Notes under the pieces: model-generated
Database searches by the model: none
What the model saw: the letters and a program-made list of their open reading frames with translations, nothing else
What the model was told of the DNA's origin: nothing
Program-made: the position numbers and the translations under genes
NCBI GenBank assembly: GCA_964016885.1
Contig: CAXHJY010000640.1
Location: 62,001 to 126,000 of the forward strand
Reading direction: 5' to 3'
Length of the DNA: 64,000 bases
DNA from: Eledone cirrhosa
Lineage: Eukaryota
In this document: piece by piece, positions 1 to 13,870 of the stretch
Numbering within the stretch: position 1 is the first letter of the stretch
How the letters are laid out: every line of letters starts with the position of its first letter

Positions 1-590
1 GTAAGTTGGGGGTAGTCTCCATTACTCTCATTCATTCTCCACATTCTTTCTTGTGTACCAGCGCTAAGTGTACCAGTGTCATTTTGAACACACTTTTCCC
101 CAACAATATCCTCATTCACACTCACACACTGCCCTGCTATGCAGAATACCTCACATCTCTAGTCTTCATGTTGCAAGACATTGGCAAACCTCCTTGTCTC
201 AGCTTCTTTTCGTGCTATGTATTCCTATTGTCTAGCTTCTCTCTTAGATATCTGGTTCTGCTCTCTGCTACCCCAATTTTTCTAGTCTTTCCACGCCCGT
301 GTCTTAGTTTTAAAGGCTCTAACTGCAGGTCACCCAGTAGTCTGTAGTAGTTTGTCACATTGGAATTTTCAACTGTCTTCTATGTTGTATGTGTCTAACT
401 TGTCTTCTTTATTATATGCCTCACGTAGACTTTCCTGAACCTATACGTAACAAAAAGGTTCTTTAACCTTCAAACTCTCCTCCTCCAAATGTTCCCGTGT
501 CTCTTGCTTATTCTGATGTCATTAATAACTAATGTTGGGCAGTACATTCTTAACCAGAGGAAGGTATTAATATTCATAACCATTTGTCTG
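1..590 (-). mobile_element. Degenerate RTE-clade LINE fragment (EN-RT linker region; same family as 20170-22758)
   Basis: The reverse complement matches the region encoding VLQREDQ..EVF.IA.QCV....D..GEKC in the 20340 ORF, with stops and indels. Confidence 0.7.
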
Positions 591-1084
591 TCTCATATAT
601 ATAAATTTTACTACTACTACTACTACAACAACAAACCATAATTAATTTCTTGAAAATGTTATTTCAAAATGTGTGAGTATGAACAAATATACTTACCTTA
701 CTTACAAGAAAGATGAAAAGATATACTAACATATACTTACATGCATGCGCGCACAGACAGAAAGAGAAATATTATAGTCTTGTATTCTAAACCTGGCAAG
801 TGGGAAAATTCCAATCAGTTGAAACTCTTTGCAATTTCATGACTAAAATTTCATGACTACCCTTTGTAGGTGGATGCTCAAATCCAGAAAAATCGATAGG
901 AGTGAACCTTGTTTTAATATGAAAATCTCTCGCATGCTAAAAAGAAAATTAAATTTACGCCTCACACATATTGCAGGTTTAGGTTGCATCTCATAGGAGA
1001 TTTTTTTTCTTCTTTGAGTGTTTTAATGAGAGAGAGCCCAGTCCGATCATGAAAGGCAATGTAAAAATAAATCTATTGTTCAAA

Positions 1085-1168
1085 AATACAAGGCACTATC
1101 CAGTTCAAGAATTCAACCCACAACCTTACGATTGTAAATCCAACACTCTAACCACTAGGCCATGCATC
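1085..1168 (-). mobile_element. Degenerate tRNA-derived SINE head
   Basis: The minus strand reads gcatggcctagtggttagagtgttgg...gggttgaattc (A-box/B-box-like), similar to 5737-5852. Confidence 0.5.
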
Positions 1169-1406
1169 TTCCCTCTCCCTTACTGTCTTATTACTGATCT
1201 TTTATGTTGTTCATTTCAAGGAAACTCCTTCACCACATCTCTCTTGATAGCTACCCATTTCTGTTTTTAATGCACATACAGTTTCAGGAATGGACATGTG
1301 CACATGCACAATATGACAATGACAAGCCAATGCTGCAAGCCTTTATATAGTTGGTCAATTTGCTAAAAATAGCTGTCAAATATCCTTCAAATCAATCTTA
1401 ATGTCT

Positions 1407-1587
1407 TAACCCTTCTGCTACCAAACTGTCTGAAGCTGTCCCTGATTCTATGACACAGAGTGTTTATATCTATAAACCTTCCAGTGTAAATTTATGAAAG
1501 AACTTTTAAGTTATGCTCCAAAACGAATGTAAAGAGCTGTAAATAAATGTATTTTGTTTGAGCTTTAAAGATTCTGCTAATCCACTG

Positions 1588-1620
<33 letters not shown>

Positions 1621-1740
1621 TTAATAATGAGGAAGTTAGTTATATTACTAATTCTTGTCAAATTCTTGATTATTTTCAAAATTATTTAGAAATTGTAAGT
1701 AATATTTTTCATGAGAAATATGGTAATGAAAGGGTTTAAA
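1407..1740. mobile_element. TTAA-flanked non-autonomous DNA element (piggyBac-like MITE family)
   Basis: Termini are ttaaCCCTT...AAGGGtttaa. Related copies lie at ~6893-7250, 8060-8340, 15240-15976, 19036-19318, 36300-36517 and 42140-42369, sharing an aaattcttgattattttcaaaattat-like body. Confidence 0.55.
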
Positions 1741-4700
1741 AGGACACTTGAGTAATGGAATATTAGTCATACACAAAGACAGGGTAGTCAAATATGGAAT
1801 GCCTTTGATGAAAATTTTGCTTGATCAGGTGTGACAAAAACTGCCTCTGGTTCTATGAAACAAAACCATCCATTTTAGTGTTCTTATTTAAGTTAAAATC
1901 TTCCTAAAGAACCTTATGTTAAATTACTAACTTAGTAATTAGATAATTAATAGTTTTAGTTAAACCCTCAAAATTCTTCATTAATTTATTGAAATAGTGC
2001 ATTTCATTAGAAACATGGTAATATTGAGATACTCAAGAATCAAAATAGTTTACTGAAAGATTATATAAATTGAATTTAAAGAGTTATTCTTTGAAAACAT
2101 CTTATCACTGTTATATTTCATATATTTTTATATATATTTTATGGGTGATAGATTGGCTTAGAAAATAGATTATCAGAATCAATAACATGTCCATCAAAAT
2201 GTCTTGTATTGTATGTTCCAACCATTTGCATTCTAAATTCAAATCCTACCTACGTCGGTTTTGCTTTTCATCCCTTCGAGGTCAATAAAATAAGGTACCA
2301 GTCAAGTACTGGGGTCAATTTGATTGATTAATGTCATTCCTACCCACCCAAAATTTGTAGTTTATGCATGTATTAGAGATCAATATTTTAATAGTAATTA
2401 ATTACTAATTTATCCTCAACCAATCAATTTATTTTACTTTAAGTAAACAATTTAATTATCTAAAAATCATTCACTTGCCTTTTAACTTTATTGATTTATT
2501 TTTTCTTCTGTCTACTGAAGTTTTTAGTTGGTTTCTAGTTGATTGAGAAATGAGTACTTGTATAACAGGAAAATTTCAGTTGTTCACCTTTTTTTTCGTT
2601 TTTCTATTTGACTGGTTATCATATTAAGTAGTTCCATTACTTTTCAGTAATTAATTTCCATTCATCAAATACTACATAGTTTCACTATTAATTCCAGACT
2701 TATCAAGTGACCTGAATATAATTTTTATTCTTAAAAAAAAAATTATTGAGTGAGCCTGTGTTCTTATTTATGAAAAGAAATTTAAGTTTATATTTTTTTA
2801 AATGTTTAAATGTTTCCTTTTATCCTTTTTAATTTACTTTCTTCATTTAGTTGAATGTTGATTCAGTATTTCCATAATGGAGCATAACCACTAAATTACT
2901 ATTTCTTTTACAAGAATTGGATAATTTAATTGCTGGTATCCATTTCTGATGGGTCAGCAAATTTTCAGGGTTTTTACAACATTGGATTAAATGTTTCATG
3001 GTATGTGTATTGGCTCTCTGCTCTTTGAGTTCAAGCCTTACCAAAATCAACTTGGCTTTTCATCCTTTCAGGATCAATAAATGAAGTACCAGTCCAGGTC
3101 AGTGGATTGATGGAATTGTTAGAATCTCGGACATGATGCCTTGTAATGTTTCTTATTGTCCTTTACATCCTGAGTTTTCTTGCAATGTCACTGGTGCTGA
3201 GCTGTATCAGCTTTTGCCTTTTCCTTGGACAACATCAATGGCATGAAAAAGAAAGACTTGTATGCATTGGGAACTGCTGGTCTTCCACAAAAATCTTGCA
3301 TGGGTCTTAACTTAGGAGAGGAACCTTCCAGACACTGATACCAATACATGTTTAGCCATCTCTGACCCATTATCCTGTTCAATAATTTGAGCCCAGGGCT
3401 GCAGTATGACATAGCAGGTGTCAATTTTACATGGAATTATTGTATTATATACAATTGTACTAATATGACATAAAGTTATTGCTTTTAGCTCCCATAATGA
3501 AAATGTCAGGTTATGCATGCATGTTCCTGTAAATCTTGTGGGAGCCATAGGGGCACTATTCTGACATACAGCATTTCTAGGGCATTATTAAATCTGGCAG
3601 AACCCATCTTCTCTCCAGGTCTGAATACAGTAGATTTCTTCCAAAGAAGGATAGAGAATGTGAGAATGGAATTGAGAAAGCGACAGAGGAAGAATTGATT
3701 TCAGTACTAGACTGATACTTTTTTATCAACCTCAAATGGATTAAAGGTAAAGTTGACTTCTGCAGGATTTGAACTCATTAGTAGAAAGCCCAAATGCATA
3801 CTGCAAAGCATTCTATCTGATGTTCTGACGACTCTGTCAATTCATCTGGTTATAATTTTAGTAAAATTTAAGATTTAGTAAGTATGATGTTTTGATTAGG
3901 CAAATTGACAGTCATGGAAGCATCAGATTAAATACCTTGGTATTTCTTCCGACTCTCTGAACCCTAATTTCAAATCTGACCAGACTCAACTTTGCTTCTC
4001 ATCCTTTCAGGGTTAATAAATTACCAGTTCATGGGCAGTGGATTAGCAGAATTGTTAAAGAGTTTGACGAGATGTTTTTTGGTATATGTTTGGTATCTAT
4101 TTCCGCTCTATGCATTCAGAGTTTAAATCTCACCTATGGAAAAACAGCGATGCTTCTACCAGGAGTTATGACCCACAGATATCATCGATGATGGAAAGAC
4201 TAATAAAAACATAGTTTCCTTGGTCCAATCTGACGATTGGTTCCATTCTTTTTCCTTTTGAAAATTAAATGAGTTACTAAATAAAAGGAAAAAAATCAAT
4301 CCAGTTTGTTATAACAAGCTGAACTTTTTTTTGTAATTATTATTATTATTATTTAACAATAGACTACAATAAAATGTAATATTTATAATATTTAATAGAA
4401 TACTCTTCATGATTCTAATACCATATTCTGCATGAAAAGACTATTGTTTTTCACCATTGGGTTGCTTTCAAAGTGCTTCAATTATGTGCAATGACATCTA
4501 AGAAACACTACGGATTTTATTATTAATATACTATGTGGCCATATAGAAATGAGTCTTTGGTATGTGAAAGCTTATTAAACTAGTATACATAAGCTACTTG
4601 TGATTGTGTAAGACACATTTAAACAAACTCCAAGATTATGGAGAAAAAGCTAGAAGAAAGTGGCACAATATTCATTATCAATATTTAATGTGTGTATCTC

Positions 4701-4843
4701 TATAGTGTGTCTCAAAAGTGTTTAAAGTGGTTTATTAAAATACTTTTAATGTACTGTCACGTTTTGAAGTCTTTCTCATACTCACGTTATTTTGAATGCT
4801 ATTTTTAGTTTTTAATACAGAAATGTTTCATTAATTTGAGGTA

Positions 4844-5128
4844 TCTATATACATAAATGGCAATTTCTGTTTGTGTGTGTGGATTTGTTTGTGAACCTAA
4901 AACTCAAAAACTACCAAACCGATCTTGATGAAACTTGACACGTGTGTGGGGCTCATGCCCATTTGATTTCTTATGTACTTTGAAGTTTTAAAAAATCAAT
5001 AATTTCCAGTCTGCATCGATTTTTAAAAGATGAATAGGAAATTTGTATGCAAACGTTCATATGAATGTTATTTTCTGCCATAACTTTTAAAGCTCTCAAC
5101 CGATTTCCTTCAAACTTAAAACACAGAT

Positions 5129-5176
<48 letters not shown>

Positions 5177-5446
5177 GAGGCACATATATATATATATATA
5201 AGACACTTTATTTCACATTGCTCCAGTTTACTCAGCTGTAGAAATGAGATGATAGGGACTGGGGTCCCTATCAGTCCACTGCAAAGTGGTCGTGGAGGTG
5301 CCACGGCAAAAAAGCACCCAGCGCTCACTGTAAATGAGGTTGGTGTTAGGAAGGGCATCCAGCTGTAGAAATCAAGCCAGAATCAGTTCCTGTCCCACCC
5401 TTGCAAGCAGGGAAAAGTGGACGTAAAATGAAATGAAATATGATGA

Positions 5447-5505
<59 letters not shown>

Positions 5506-5723
5506 CCTTATAGCAACACTCACCTTCTCTGACAAACACTTTTTCGCCTGACCAAAGCAATCAACAATATTTGTTTGTTTTATTGTTTCGTAGATGAATT
5601 TGTCTTCGCTTTTGATTATCTGTCCTATATTTTGATTTCATTTTTGGTCTGAGAGGCATTGGGAACTGGGAATACCCCCCCCCCCCCCTCCTGCTCCCTG
5701 GTATTACCGGGTACCTCAGCTAG
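4844..5723 (+). mobile_element. Non-autonomous Helitron (with nested SINE)
   Basis: 5' end a|TCTATATACATAAA; 3' end hairpin CCTGGTA-TT-ACCGGG then CTAG|t. It sits between A and T with no TSD. Confidence 0.7.
5201..5450 (+). mobile_element. 5'-truncated SINE with RTE-derived 3' tail, inserted in (TA)n
   Basis: SINE-like body followed by sequence closely matching parts of the RTE 3' UTR at 22450-22650, ending in (GAT)n; (TA)n on both sides. Confidence 0.65.
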
Positions 5724-5736
5724 TATCATAATAAGT

Positions 5737-5852
5737 GAAAGCATGTGGTCTAGTGGTTAGTGTAGAACTCATGATCATAAGGTCATGGCTTTGATACCTG
5801 GGCCAGGTGGTATGTTGTGTCCTTGAGCTAAAGACTTCATTTCATGTTGCTT
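5737..5852 (+). mobile_element. tRNA-derived SINE head
   Basis: A-box tggtctagtgg, B-box-like ggctttgatacc, then a gtgtccttgagc core. Confidence 0.55.
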
Positions 5853-7436
5853 TTCGTGATATAACTGTGGCTCCTTTTATTAAAACACTCAAGAAACCTA
5901 TGAGATACAAACTTGTAGGAGGCCTGCTAAAAAAAATCATATTAATGATTGATGTAATATAAAATTACAGATTTTGTAAAAATAAATTACATATACATAC
6001 CTATAGTAGCCACTTTGCCCCACTTTATTTTGTATTCAAATTCTCTTATCTTCTGAGAAGTACAAACACTTTTTCTGTTTTACATTAACATTCAGATTTA
6101 TGTTAATTATACGAAACAAGAGTTTGGTATCTATACTTGTGATTATATACAGTTTAATTGTTAAATCCTTATAGAATTTGCAATCTTCCACTTAGTTTGA
6201 TATCTATACAGTCTACTTTCATGTTTAGTTAGATTTTGTAACTAAGCCTAATAGGTGAATAGCTGGTGACTTATTTTCATTTTGTTACTATCTACTAGAC
6301 TGGTGTCTCACAATCTCTATAGGTTTCTTTGTTATTAGTCTTACTGATCAAAGCCAAGTGGGGGTATTAGTTTAGTTAGTGGTTAATTTAGATACCTCAA
6401 TAGCTTAAACTTTACTATTCAAATACCATTGTCATCAATATTGCTGTCCATCTCCCGGAGTTTGATTCAATATACTCAGGTTAAATCAACTACATCTACC
6501 TTCTGCTTCTATAAAAGGATTTGCATCTAAGAAAGAAATAACATTTTACACTATTTCTGCACGACCACCTAATCTTCTCTGATTCTGTTTCTTAGAATTA
6601 ACACAAGCCAATAAGATTTTCAATTATTTATGAGACACAGCATGACTTTTCATTTCATACTTAGCACTATCGATCTATTCACTGGAAAGATTGTAAAATG
6701 AGCCAAATCAGGAATGATTAAAATATAACTGTATGACTTTAAAAATAAATCAGACAAATTCTCTTGTGGAGCATAAGTGATAGTCACAAATCAGTATTCT
6801 ATAGAATATCTTAAGAAATACTGTGCTAAATTAATACTATTTAGTTTAAATAAAGGAAAGTGTACTCAAATAATATTTTCCTCTTTATCTTTTTAACCCT
6901 TTTGATATCAAACCACTTGAAACTGACTCTAGTTTATATTTATCTAAAAACATTTCTATATAAGTGAGATGCAGACCACACCAGCCCCTCTGGGAGGTCA
7001 GTACTGACTTGGTCTATGTAGATCCATCAACCTGTGCTAGCAGGGAAAGTGGATGTTAAATGATGATGATTTCATCATAACTTTTAAGTTATGTTCCAAA
7101 CACCTGATAAATCATGTGAAGGCTATATTACAAAATCCCTCCAAATTCTTGATTATTTTCAAAATTATTTGAAAAGCAAAGGCAGCGTATTTTGTTACAA
7201 GTGTCAAACTAACATTTCTAACAGTAGAATTTTTACTTTCAGCTCTCTTATCAGTATAACAATCCAGGCTAATGGTGAACTCTGAGCACTGTACACAATA
7301 ATTTTCATTATATAATTTACTATTTACTGCTATATTTTCAGATTCCTTTTTGAAACCCTAGAAGAAATTGTCAGCTATAGTTTTAATACTCTCATTTTTT
7401 TATAGCTCCTTTCCCTCAACATTATTGTTACTCTTA

Positions 7437-7606
7437 GGGTGGTGGATTGGCAGTATCGGTAGCAAAGAGTTACTGCCCTTTATGGTCTGAGTTCAAATCC
7501 CGCCGAGGTTAACTTTGCCTTTCATCCTTATGAGGGTCGATAAAATAAAGTACTAGTAATGCACTGGGTAATTGCTGGCCTTGTGCCAAAAGTAGAAACA
7601 ATTATT
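7437..7606 (+). mobile_element. tRNA-derived SINE (major young family) with 15-bp TSD
   Basis: Family consensus ggtggattggcagtatcggtag...gagttcaaatcccgccgagg...gcctttcatcc...gtcgataaaataaagtac...gaaacaattatt. TSD is attattgttactctt. Confidence 0.85.
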
Positions 7607-8559
7607 GTTACTCTTCTTCATTACTTATAACAAAATTCATTGCTAATTTTATTTCAAAATTATTTTTAAAGGGTTGTAAGACCATCAGTTGTGTCAAAGA
7701 CATGACAACCTCTCTTGTACTGGTGCCACGACAGTAGAATGTGGGACCGTTTGTGAGATGCAGACTCCTGGCCTGACTGGGAAGTCAGTAGCTCTGCTTG
7801 AGTACTGATTCAATCTGTGAAGACCCATTCAACCCTTGCTATTGGGGAGAGCATAATTTAATGTTAACGATGATGATGATGACTCCCTAACACTCAAGCG
7901 CAGCTGTATCTTAACCATGGAGTAAACACAGTTGAGGCCCATCAGAAAGCATTTTCACTGTAATGTTACGTTTGATTTTTTTGATTTTTGAATATAATAC
8001 TAGGTAATGGGGAAGTATGATTTAAGAATAATAGTTATACACCACCAATTTAATTGTTTTGACACTTTTGATACCAAACTGCCTGAAGTCGCACTGGGTT
8101 CTCTGATATAAAGCTGTTTATCTTAAAGTGTTTATATATATCTAAAAAATTCCATCTTCATTTAATGTAAGAATCTTTAAAAACCAACTTAATGAGAAAG
8201 TTAGCTATATTAGTAAATCCTTCCAAATTCTTGATTATTTTCCAAATTATTTGAAAAGCATAGGCAATGCCTTACATTACAAATCATTATCATTCTTTTA
8301 CATCTGTTTTTCCATGCTTGCAGGTAACACAAGGGTTAAAGGGTAAAATAAACTAATTATATCATACTTATCCAACAAAAATTCTAACACCAACCATACA
8401 ATCATTCAGTGGTCACATTTTGGACGTTATTAAAGTTCTGCTTTATTCTTACTGTATCACTTAAGGATTGAATCTTTAGCTTTTGAATTTCAACAACCCC
8501 TACTTTTCAGGTTGATTATATGCATACTTGGTTAAGTAAACATCTGTTGATCTATAGAA

Positions 8560-9830
8560 GAAAAGTTGTACTAAATAGTATAGGGTATTTAGATGAACTT
8601 AATGTATTTTTGTTATTTTAAGTGTTGTTGGCTTGTATTTAATACTGAATGTTCAAAAGATGTTGTTTAATGAAGCAACTGTTGAAGGAGGTGGATTTTA
8701 AGTTCAACAATTGGTTTTGTATAATGAAGCCAACAAGGCAAAAGGGAGACAAATCATTGAAATAATGGTAAAAAAGCTGAAGTGAAACCTTCAGTATGGA
8801 AATTATAACTAAAACTTGTTGAAAGAATAAATGATTTAGTGGGTGCCATCAGCCTGAAAAACAAATTGAATGCCTTGTTTTTCATGCAGATCGCATCACT
8901 GAGCCATTTATTTGGTCATTCCTTTAATATTACTTTAGCAAATATGGTTATGCTTTGCTGATGAGCTCATAACATGATGGAAAATATGTTAACACTAGTT
9001 TAATTTTAACTTTGGAGTTAGGTACAAAGTAGTCTTTTGTTGCTATTATGGTGCAACTTGTAAGGAAACCACCAATTTGACAGCTGTTCTTAGATTTAGA
9101 ATTATTCTTTTCTTTTTTAAAGTGTATGTGTATCATCATCAAGATTGATCATTATCATCACTGCCATTGTTTGTGTGAAGAATGACAATCAATGTTTTCT
9201 AGCGTCAGAAATCATTGTATAATTTAAAAGTTTATGATTTAGAGATGTTATTCTTATAGTCAGTGAGTTAGAGTGTTTCAGAGATAATTGTTTTTAGTGG
9301 ATTGAACATGTTACTGAATAAAAGAAATTGTGCAATAAAAAGGTCAACATTTTTTTTTCTGGAGGAGGAGGAGGTATATCTCTTCAGTTAGGGGCTGAAA
9401 ATAACAATGAACTGAATAAAAACACAATAATTTGGGCACACGTTTGGCTTCGAATCTGAGTCCATATGTTTATTGAAATTAGTAGTTGGAGGAGTTGGGC
9501 GGGTTTGTGAACATGTATATTGCTGAAAATGAAATAGGATGGAAAAGTGACAGCTTTAGCAGCAGAACTGCTTCACATTTCTTTCAACAGAGAAGTGAAA
9601 GGTAAGGAAGGCTCACTGAAATTAGGCACTTAACTGCAGTTGTGACGTCATTGCTGTAATTGAAGAAACACATGTGCATGTGTGACTTTGTTGATAGATC
9701 TCATAGATAAGAAGCTGTGCAGGTACAAGGTATGTGGTGCTGAGGTGTTGGTTGTTAGCAGTGATGACAGTATCTATGAGGAGTATTTTACTGAACAACA
9801 GCCCTTACAATAAGTGAGTACTTACCTATA
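8560..9830 (-). mobile_element. Highly decayed LINE remnant (APE endonuclease/linker, Jockey/CR1-like)
   Basis: The minus strand gives only patchy motifs (PPNSS-like; WF..SC...I) with many stops. Confidence 0.3.
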
Positions 9831-9899
9831 TGCAGTGCATAGATTAATGAGTAACAAAAAGCTGTGAGTACAGTTTAGTAGATGGGGAAGAGAGAAAAT

Positions 9900-10100
9900 T
9901 ATATGATGAGTGATTGTGAGTCAAGTCAATGGACTTTTGTCAGTTTCACTGATGAGTGTTCCAGTTATTCGATCTAGTAACGGTTTGCTCATGACATTAA
10001 CATGTAAGTGACTGAGCATTCCATGTGTACCTTAAGAGATTCAATATAACACTGTGTGACAAGGCTCACTCTTTGAATTACAAATACAATTCATCCTACA
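9900..10100 (+). mobile_element. Degenerate cephalopod-type SINE body
   Basis: tgttccagtt..cgatc...tgctcatgacattaacatgtaagtgactgagcattcca resembles an octopus SINE central domain (recognised from memory). Confidence 0.4.
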
Positions 10101-10299
10101 GGCCCCCAAACAGTTTCTATGTACACAATTTCTCTCACAAGGAATGGGTTGACCCAAGTTTATCATAAATGACATGGGCCTAAAAGCCACAGAGTGGGAT
10201 CAAACCCAGGGTTTAATAATTACAAACTGAGCCTCTTAACCATTTGGCAATGCTGCATCTGCCCAGACAGCTGATGAGTGGTTAAGAAATTTACTATAA

Positions 10300-10516
10300 T
10301 GATTTATAGTATAAGCACAAGGCCAGTAATTTGGGAGCAGGGGAAAGTCAATTAAATCGACCCCAGTACGTTACTGGTACTTTATTTTTTTGACCCCGTA
10401 AGGATGAAAGGCAAAGTTAACCTCGGTGGGATTTGAACTCAGACCGTAAAGAGCCATAACTCTATGCTGCAAAGCATGGTGTCTGGTGCTCTACCGACAC
10501 TGCCAATCCCCCACCC
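10300..10516 (-). mobile_element. tRNA-derived SINE with TSD
   Basis: Family match; flanked by the direct repeat tttactataatga. Confidence 0.8.
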
Positions 10517-10660
10517 TTTACTATAATGAAAGTTGTTTTGCCTCAGCTGAGGCTTGATTGAACAAAACTATTATAATAATAATATAATAATGAAATAATA
10601 ATAATAATAATGATTTCTTTATTTTTTTATTATTTTTATTTTATTTCTTTATTTATTTAT

Positions 10661-10693
<33 letters not shown>

Positions 10694-10694
<1 letters not shown>

Positions 10695-11725
10695 GGAAAA
10701 TATTGTGTACGGTGCTCAGGTGCACTACAACTCATCAAAAGTGTATGTATAGTACATAGGGTAATGTACAAACGTCAGGAAATTGAACAGTGCATGAGTA
10801 ATGATATACACGTGTTCATATGTATGGAAGGGGGACATCAGGTGTAGTTTTGGCGAGGGTTTTAAAGGATGCAGTGTCTCGGCAGCTAACAACTGATGCA
10901 GGCAGTTTGTTCCATACTTCAGCAACTCTAAATGTGAAAAAATGTTTCCAAAGGTCATGGGAGCTGTGCTGTTTTCTGACTTTGTAGGCATGTCCACGTG
11001 TGTTAGACACATGGAGATCAAAAAGGTGCTCAGGGTTGTTGTTGGCAAGATGGTTAATAACTTTGTGGGTGTTTACCAAGTCAGTTGCCAGGCGTCGGAG
11101 CTTCAATGTATCCATGCCCAGGGAAGCAAGAGTATGGTAGATGTCTGATGGAGGGTATTCACTTGGTTGCACATCTCTGAACAGTTTCTAGGAGGTCAAT
11201 GAGCAAAATAGGGGTTCCAGACTGATGATGCGAATTCCAAGTGTGGTCGTACCATAGCTGTATACAGCTTTAAATAGATAGCTGGAGAGCGGCTGACAAA
11301 GGTCTTGCTGAGTGATGCCAAGACACCCTTGGCCTTCTTGACAATTTTACAGATGTGCTTTGTCCAACACAAATCGCTGCTGACAGTAATGCCCAGGTCA
11401 CGTTCACAAGAGGACTTCTTGATATCAGTGTTGTGTAGGGAGTATGTGGACGCTGGGTTTTTCCTCCCAAAATGCATGGTGGTACACTTGTCCACAGCCA
11501 GCTTCAGTTGCCAGTCTGTGATCCATTGCTGCATTGTGTCCAGGTCTGATTGTATGAAAGAGTTATAGATTTCAGGACCTGTCCTTTTGATTTCAAGGTA
11601 CAGATTGATGTCATCTGCATATTTCAGTACTGTGGCATTCTTTAAGTTGGCATCTATGTCATTAATGTATGCAACAAACAAAAGGGGACCAAGAACAGAT
11701 CCCTGTGGTACACCAGATGACATCT
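10694..11725 (-). mobile_element. 5'-truncated CR1/L2-group LINE (RT C-terminal half + 3' UTR, (TTA)n tail)
   Basis: ORFs 11196-11723 (SGVPQGSVLGPLLF, KYADD, ERDLGITVS) and 10816-11172 (TRGH...FFTFRVAEVWNKLP). Tail microsatellite at ~10570-10693. Confidence 0.9.
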
Positions 11726-11797
11726 CAAAGGTGTTCCAGCCACAATTATCCCATCTCTTTTCAACAGTAGTACACTGAGGATTACATTATTTGACAT

Positions 11798-11987
11798 GGC
11801 GGTGGATTGGGAGTATCGGTAGAGGGTCGGATGCCATGCTTTCCAGCATAGTTACGTCCCTTTATGATCTGAGTTCAAATCCCGCCGAGGTTGACTTTGC
11901 CTTTCATCCTTACGGGGTCGATAAAATAAAGTACCAGTAATGCACTGGGTGATTGCTGGCCTTGTGCCTAAAGTAGAAACAATTATT
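11798..11987 (+). mobile_element. Full-length tRNA-derived SINE with 13-bp TSD
   Basis: Family match; TSD is attatttgacatg. Confidence 0.9.
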
Positions 11988-12174
11988 TGACATGTTCTTT
12001 TTTTAAAGATAGTAAGGTGATTTAAACGAGATTTTAGTTGCTATTTTTAACAAATCAAAAGGCCATATACAGGATTTCTCCTTAATACATAATTTACCAC
12101 ATACAGGATCTCTTTTAAATACATAATGATCCATGTACAATATCCTTTTTCTAAAAATAAAGTTGATCTCTTAT

Positions 12175-12750
12175 TCAGGGTCTACCCCTAGGTCTCCTAC
12201 CGGTTGATTTTGCTTATAAAATCTGCCCTGTGATTCTTTTCTTAGATATTTTAACCACATCTCCATAGTATTGGAGTTGTGATATCTCAATTCGGAGAAG
12301 TAGCAGCTCTACTTGGAACAACACTCCGATCTTCAAGCTATACACTCCATTGAGTAACGTTAGTCCAAAGACCCTTTGGAGGAACCCCATTTTGGTCGCT
12401 TGTATTTGCAATCATATTCTTTTGATCATTACCCAAGATTCATGACCATAAGCAAGGGTTGTCATGAATACCAAATTGAAGATAGCGAGTTTGGCTTTTA
12501 CACCTATATCCTTTCTTTTGATGACCAAATGCTGAAGCTGGCACATTACTGCATGAGCACTTGCAATTCTTGCACTGAATTCAGCCTCTGGCCTTCTATC
12601 ACTCATGAGCACAGCCCCAAGATACTTGAACCTCTCCACCTGCTTCAGTGGAACTCCACTCACATGTAGAATGTTCTGCACAGGCTTCCTTGAGAGAACG
12701 AGTGTCTTGGTCTTAGCAGGACTAATTCTCAGTCTTATATGAGTTTCTTG
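12175..12750 (-). mobile_element. RTE-clade LINE 3' fragment (family B)
   Basis: KTKTLVLSR...VERFKYLG...LAYGHESW motifs; homologous to 45100-45610. Confidence 0.8.
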
Positions 12751-13364
12751 CAAGAAGTGGATCTATGCAGTTTGATTGCCAGTGTGTCAGATCTCCATTG
12801 GTAAACATTGTATAGATCAATTATGGAGCTGTGGTGTGTGTTATAGAATTTGATGGTTGTGCTGGTATTGATGAAAATCAAGACACTTGTATGAATTCTC
12901 AGAAAATTTTTTATATCTGGTTATTAAAAATCTCAACTGAAATAGTATACCACAGTTTGAGCCCAAAACATTTGGCTCATAATTATTATCGTGTATTAAA
13001 AATCAAAATATTATGCTAATTATGTAGAATTACTTTACTATCTTAGTTTAAATTTGCTATAAGTGTTCTATGTATATATTATATCATGCTGAGAGATTTC
13101 AATGTGACTAAGTTTAGATTTTGGTGGTGTACTAAGACTGCTTTCGACAAATATGAACTATATCAACTCAAAAGTGTCATGAAACGTTATGCAGATATTT
13201 AAGTTTGTGATGTTTTTATAAAATTTAAGTATTCAGGATAAATTTATTTAATAACCCACATAACATACGTTGATATATTTTACACACTGATATATTTTAT
13301 GGGATTTTGATATTTATCTAACTTTAGATTTTCTGTAATCATGGAATCTGGTCTTTGATAGAAG

Positions 13365-13870
13365 ACATGGTTTCTGATTTAGGCATAAGGCCAACAATTT
13401 TGAGGGAGGGAAAACTCGATTAAATCAATTAGAAGTATTTTTTTTTATCAACCACATAAGGATGGAAGGCAAAGCTAACCTTGGCAGAAGTTGAACTCAG
13501 AACATAAAAGGATGTAACTATATGCCACAAAGCATGTTGTCTGAGACTCTACCAAAACTACCAATCCAACGCCCTTATTATGCTAGATAATATAATTGTT
13601 TCTACTTTTGGCACAAGGCCAGCAATTACCCAGTGCATTACTGGTACTTTATTTTATCGACCCCTGTAAGGATGAAAGGCAAAGTTAACCTTGGCAGGAT
13701 ATGAACTCAGACTGTAATGCTAGATAATATAATTGTTTCTACCTTTGGCACAAGGCCAGCAATTACCCAGTGCATTACTGGTACTTTATTTTATCGACCC
13801 CATAAGGATGAAAGGCAAAGTTAACCTCGGCGGGATTTGAACTCAGAATGCCAAGGGCTTGAACTCAGAA
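13365..13870 (-). mobile_element. Cluster of three SINE copies (one old, two 5'-truncated)
   Basis: Family matches; the target motif gataatataat occurs three times. Confidence 0.8.

Noticed and set aside
4971-5560. YIYI-rich ORFs (also 14184, 56722, 57315, 60964-61233)
   Set aside because: They are translations of (TA)n microsatellites.
11798-11890. SINE heads as functional tRNA genes
   Set aside because: A/B boxes are present, but there is no cloverleaf or anticodon arm and they run into the SINE body.
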